Below are positions 61,204 to 64,000 of a DNA stretch of 64,000 nt, one piece after another. The notes beneath the pieces are model-generated. The model did not search any database. It was not told where the DNA came from and saw nothing but the letters and a program-made list of their open reading frames with translations. The stretch lies in the NCBI GenBank assembly GCA_024637225.1, contig JAGXFP010000050.1:11905-75904 (forward strand), in the 5' to 3' direction. The number at the start of each line of letters is the position of its first letter. The first letter of the stretch is position 1. Both the position numbers and the translations under genes were made by a program. Origin of the DNA: Desulfobacterales bacterium. Its GTDB lineage: Bacteria > Desulfobacterota > Desulfobulbia > Desulfobulbales > JAGXFP01.

Positions 61204-64000
61204 ATGATTGATTTATCGCTACTTCAGGATTTCATCACCGAAGCCAACGAGCATCTTGAAGAGATGGAATCGGGCCTGCTCAAACTCGAAAGGGAGCCGG
61301 AGGACCTTGGGATCCTTAACGATATATTCCGGGCCATCCATACCATCAAGGGGGCCTCGCAGTTCGTCGGACTGCCCAGGGTATCGGAACTGTCCCACAA
61401 GATGGAAAACCTGCTCGATCTCCTGCGTCAGGGTGAGAAGAAAGTAAATCAGGATATCATCGACACCTTAATCGAGACCCGGGACCGCTTGATTAACCTC
61501 ACCAAGGAACTCGAAATCAATCAGGCCGAGGAAAGCGAAATTGAGGACCTGCTGGCCAGGATCCTGGCATTATCCGGTGAGGCCGCGCCGGCTGTTGATT
61601 GTCCTGAAGAGCCTCCGGCTGAGGCCTCCTCAGATGAGACCGATCTGAGGAGTGCTCTGGAAGAGGCCCTCGACACCTCCATCCTGGACGACGATATCGC
61701 CGGCGGCTCGGCGGCCTCGATCAACGACGACGACCTTGACACCTCGATACTGGGTGACTTTTTCGGTGAGGATCCGCCACCAGACCTGCCGGACCAGGAA
61801 GAGCCGTTCGCCGTCTCCTCCGAACCGCTCAACGAAGAACTCATCCGCAATGAACTGCGGGGAGAGGAACACGATGAAGAACTCTTCGATATTTTCATCG
61901 GGCAGACCCGGAACAATCTCGACAAACTCCGGCAACTTACCGCGCAATTACCCGATCCGGCGAACGGCGCGGAGAGCTTCGCGGGTTGCCGGGATCTCCT
62001 GGCAAACCTCAGGTCTTCCGCCAACTATATGAGCTATGCCAATCTGGTTGGCCTCTACGATCTCTGGCAGGCCGAACTTTCCGCCGCCGGGGAAAGCCTG
62101 GCGGAATCCGCCGTAACCGATTTTTCTTTTATGGACGACCATCTGGCCCGGATTTTCCGGACCATCCCCCGGCTGAACGACTCGCAAGCGGCCGCCTCAG
62201 ACCCTTTCGCGGAAAACCAGGATGGTGAAGACCTTGCCGCTCCGGCATTTACCGGGGTATGTGCAACCGATGAAGAAACAATCAGGGCCGAAATTTCGGA
62301 AGAGCTTTACGACGACGAACTCTTTGAAATCTTCCTCAAACAGGTTTCGGAAAACCTTGGCTCAATCCGCCTGGCCATGGCCGAAGGCGGGTGCGGCGAT
62401 CGGGCGAACCTGCTCGAACTCTGCCGGGACTGCGTCGCCAAACTTAAGTCCTCGGCTAACTACATGGGATACGCAAACCTGGTCAATCTCTACGAGAGAT
62501 GGCACGGCCAGATCAGCGAGGCCGGAATGGACGACAATCCGGATTTTATAAACGACTATCTTGGCCTGATGAGCGCTCTGTTCCCGGACTTGCCGGATAC
62601 CGGCCTAGAAGAGGAACCTCGGTTATTCGACGATAATTCCGCCGGGGGCCGCGCCGAACCATCCTCCGGCGGCGAAGGGCGGAGCGACGAAGATGATTTA
62701 TTCGCAACCCTGAGCAATTCGATCGACACCGCCATGGCCGGCGGCAACCGGCAGAGCATGGAACCGTTGCACGGCATCCTGGAGGAGATGTTGTTCGGCG
62801 AAGAGTCCCCTGCCGCCGAGGAAGCCCCGGTTGAAAAACCCGCAGCCCCCGAGCTTGGTGAAGAGCCGAATGGGACCGAAAGCGTCGAGGAACTTGTTGC
62901 AGCACCAAGCGAAGTCGCGGCACCGGAATCCGGCGGGGAGGAACGCCGCCGGACTGAACGCCGGCGGGAAGAGCGCCGGGAGAGCGGTGAACGCACCTAT
63001 AAGCAGAGCATCCGGGTCGACTCCGAAAAGATCGATTCCCTGATGAACCAGGTGGGCGAACTAGTGGTCAGCCGCGCCTATTTTGCCCAGATCTTCAACT
63101 ACCTGAAGGAGTTTCAACAGGAGATGAAGGAGGAAGGCGGCTTCGACGCCAAGGGCTTGAAACCGATCAGGGAACTGGCCTTCAAGCTCGGCGAAGCCAC
63201 CGTCGGCCTGGGCCGGGTATCGAACGAGCTCCAGGAAGGCGTCATGAAAATCAGGATGCTGCCGGTTGCCCAGCTCTTCAACCGTTACCCGCGCCTGGTC
63301 CGCGACCTGATCCACAAGACCGGCAAAAAAGTTAATCTGGAGGTTCGCGGCGAGGAAACCGAACTCGATAAAATGGTGATCGAGGAAATCTCCGACCCCC
63401 TGATCCACATTATCCGCAACGCGGTCGACCACGGCCTTGAAACCCCGGAGGAACGGCGCAAAGCGGGCAAGGACGAAACCGGCTCCCTGGTTCTCGAAGC
63501 CTATCATGAAAGTAATCATATCGTCATCGAAATCACCGATGACGGCCGCGGCATCGACATCGACAAGATCAAGAGCAAGGCCGTCGCCAAGGGCTTGATA
63601 AGCCAGCAGGAGATGTCCCGCATTTCCGATGCCGAGGCGCGAAGGTTCATCATGATGCCGGGCTTCTCTACCGCCGAAACCGCCACCGAAACCTCGGGCC
63701 GCGGGGTCGGCATGGACGTGATCAAAACCAATATCGAAAAGCTGAACGGCACCGTCGAAGTCGAGTCACAGCAGGGCGTGCAGACCATGATCCGGATCAA
63801 GATCCCCCTGACCCTGGCCATCATCCAGGCCCTGATGGTCAGGGTCGGCGATGAACTTTTCACCATCCCCCTATCGGTGGTGGAGGAAACCCTGCGGATC
63901 TTCGAACACGACACCTCCACCATCGAGGGCGTGGAGGTTATTCATATGCGCGATACGACCATGCCCATATTCCGGCTGGCCGATATTTTCGGAATCGAAG
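61204..64000 (+). CDS. cheA: Chemotaxis histidine kinase CheA, 3'-truncated by the window end; absent from the ORF track
   Basis: I translated this frame by hand from the ATG at 61204 through about 63090 with no stop; the remaining codons to 64000 were only read through by eye. Hpt domain (FRAIHTIKGASQF), dimerisation domain (IRVDSEKIDSLMNQVGELVV), HATPase (NAVDHGLE, DDGRGID, GRGVGMD), and the beginning of the CheW-like P5 domain. Confidence 0.9.
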   Translation, partial: MIDLSLLQDFITEANEHLEEMESGLLKLEREPEDLGILNDIFRAIHTIKGASQFVGLPRVSELSHKMENLLDLLRQGEKKVNQDIIDTLIETRDRLINLTKELEINQAEESEIEDLLARILALSGEAAPAVDCPEEPPAEASSDETDLRSALEEALDTSILDDDIAGGSAASINDDDLDTSILGDFFGEDPPPDLPDQEEPFAVSSEPLNEELIRNELRGEEHDEELFDIFIGQTRNNLDKLRQLTAQLPDPANGAESFAGCRDLLANLRSSANYMSYANLVGLYDLWQAELSAAGESLAESAVTDFSFMDDHLARIFRTIPRLNDSQAAASDPFAENQDGEDLAAPAFTGVCATDEETIRAEISEELYDDELFEIFLKQVSENLGSIRLAMAEGGCGDRANLLELCRDCVAKLKSSANYMGYANLVNLYERWHGQISEAGMDDNPDFINDYLGLMSALFPDLPDTGLEEEPRLFDDNSAGGRAEPSSGGEGRSDEDDLFATLSNSIDTAMAGGNRQSMEPLHGILEEMLFGEESPAAEEAPVEKPAAPELGEEPNGTESVEELVAAPSEVAAPESGGEERRRTERRREERRESGERTYKQSIRVDSEKIDSLMNQVGELVVSRAYFAQIFNYLKEFQQEMKEEGGFDAKGLKPIRELAFKLGEATVGLGRVSNELQEGVMKIRMLPVAQLFNRYPRLVRDLIHKTGKKVNLEVRGEETELDKMVIEEISDPLIHIIRNAVDHGLETPEERRKAGKDETGSLVLEAYHESNHIVIEITDDGRGIDIDKIKSKAVAKGLISQQEMSRISDAEARRFIMMPGFSTAETATETSGRGVGMDVIKTNIEKLNGTVEVESQQGVQTMIRIKIPLTLAIIQALMVRVGDELFTIPLSVVEETLRIFEHDTSTIEGVEVIHMRDTTMPIFRLADIFGIE

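Overview
This 64-kb chromosomal window looks like an anaerobic, sigma54-using, metal-respiring Desulfobacterota or Desulfuromonadota-type bacterium. That placement is inferred from gene content only. I support about 58 protein genes and saw no rRNA, tRNA, CRISPR array, transposase or integrase. (1) 38-14001, minus strand: one tightly packed 11-gene operon. It encodes three c-type cytochromes (26, 16 and 6 CXXCH motifs, 48 in total), a 739-aa predicted outer-membrane beta-barrel, three NHL/YVTN beta-propeller proteins, two lipoproteins built from one repeated module, and a SurA/PpiD-like chaperone. This is my best candidate for an undescribed system: an extracellular electron-transfer conduit whose parts differ from MtrCAB and Geobacter Pcc. 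(2) 14.5-21.2 kb: TPR membrane protein, TPR-methyltransferase fusion, FemAB-like protein and an alkaline-phosphatase-family protein. (3) 21.8-29 kb: CopB-type P-type ATPase, a sigma54 activator, and a divergent operon (sigma54 promoter, atypical receiver, 2-hydroxyacid dehydrogenase, PfkB kinase). (4) 29-49 kb: a stress and bioenergetics block with a Lon-like protease, Hsp20, DUF2892, HdeD, ferredoxin, superoxide reductase, FtsH and a rubrerythrin operon. It also holds a complete N-type ATPase operon (atpDCQRBEFAG order) translationally coupled to a dihydrolipoamide-dehydrogenase-like flavoprotein. (5) 49.4-64 kb: hybrid histidine kinase, porin, and a chemosensory cluster (double-receiver regulator, CheB-like, MCP, CheW, CheY, HAMP protein, 3'-truncated CheA). 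Several intergenic regions carry related long imperfect-palindrome repeats, including a three-unit tandem array at 33871-34272. All calls come from reading the sequence and ORF translations. No database search was run.
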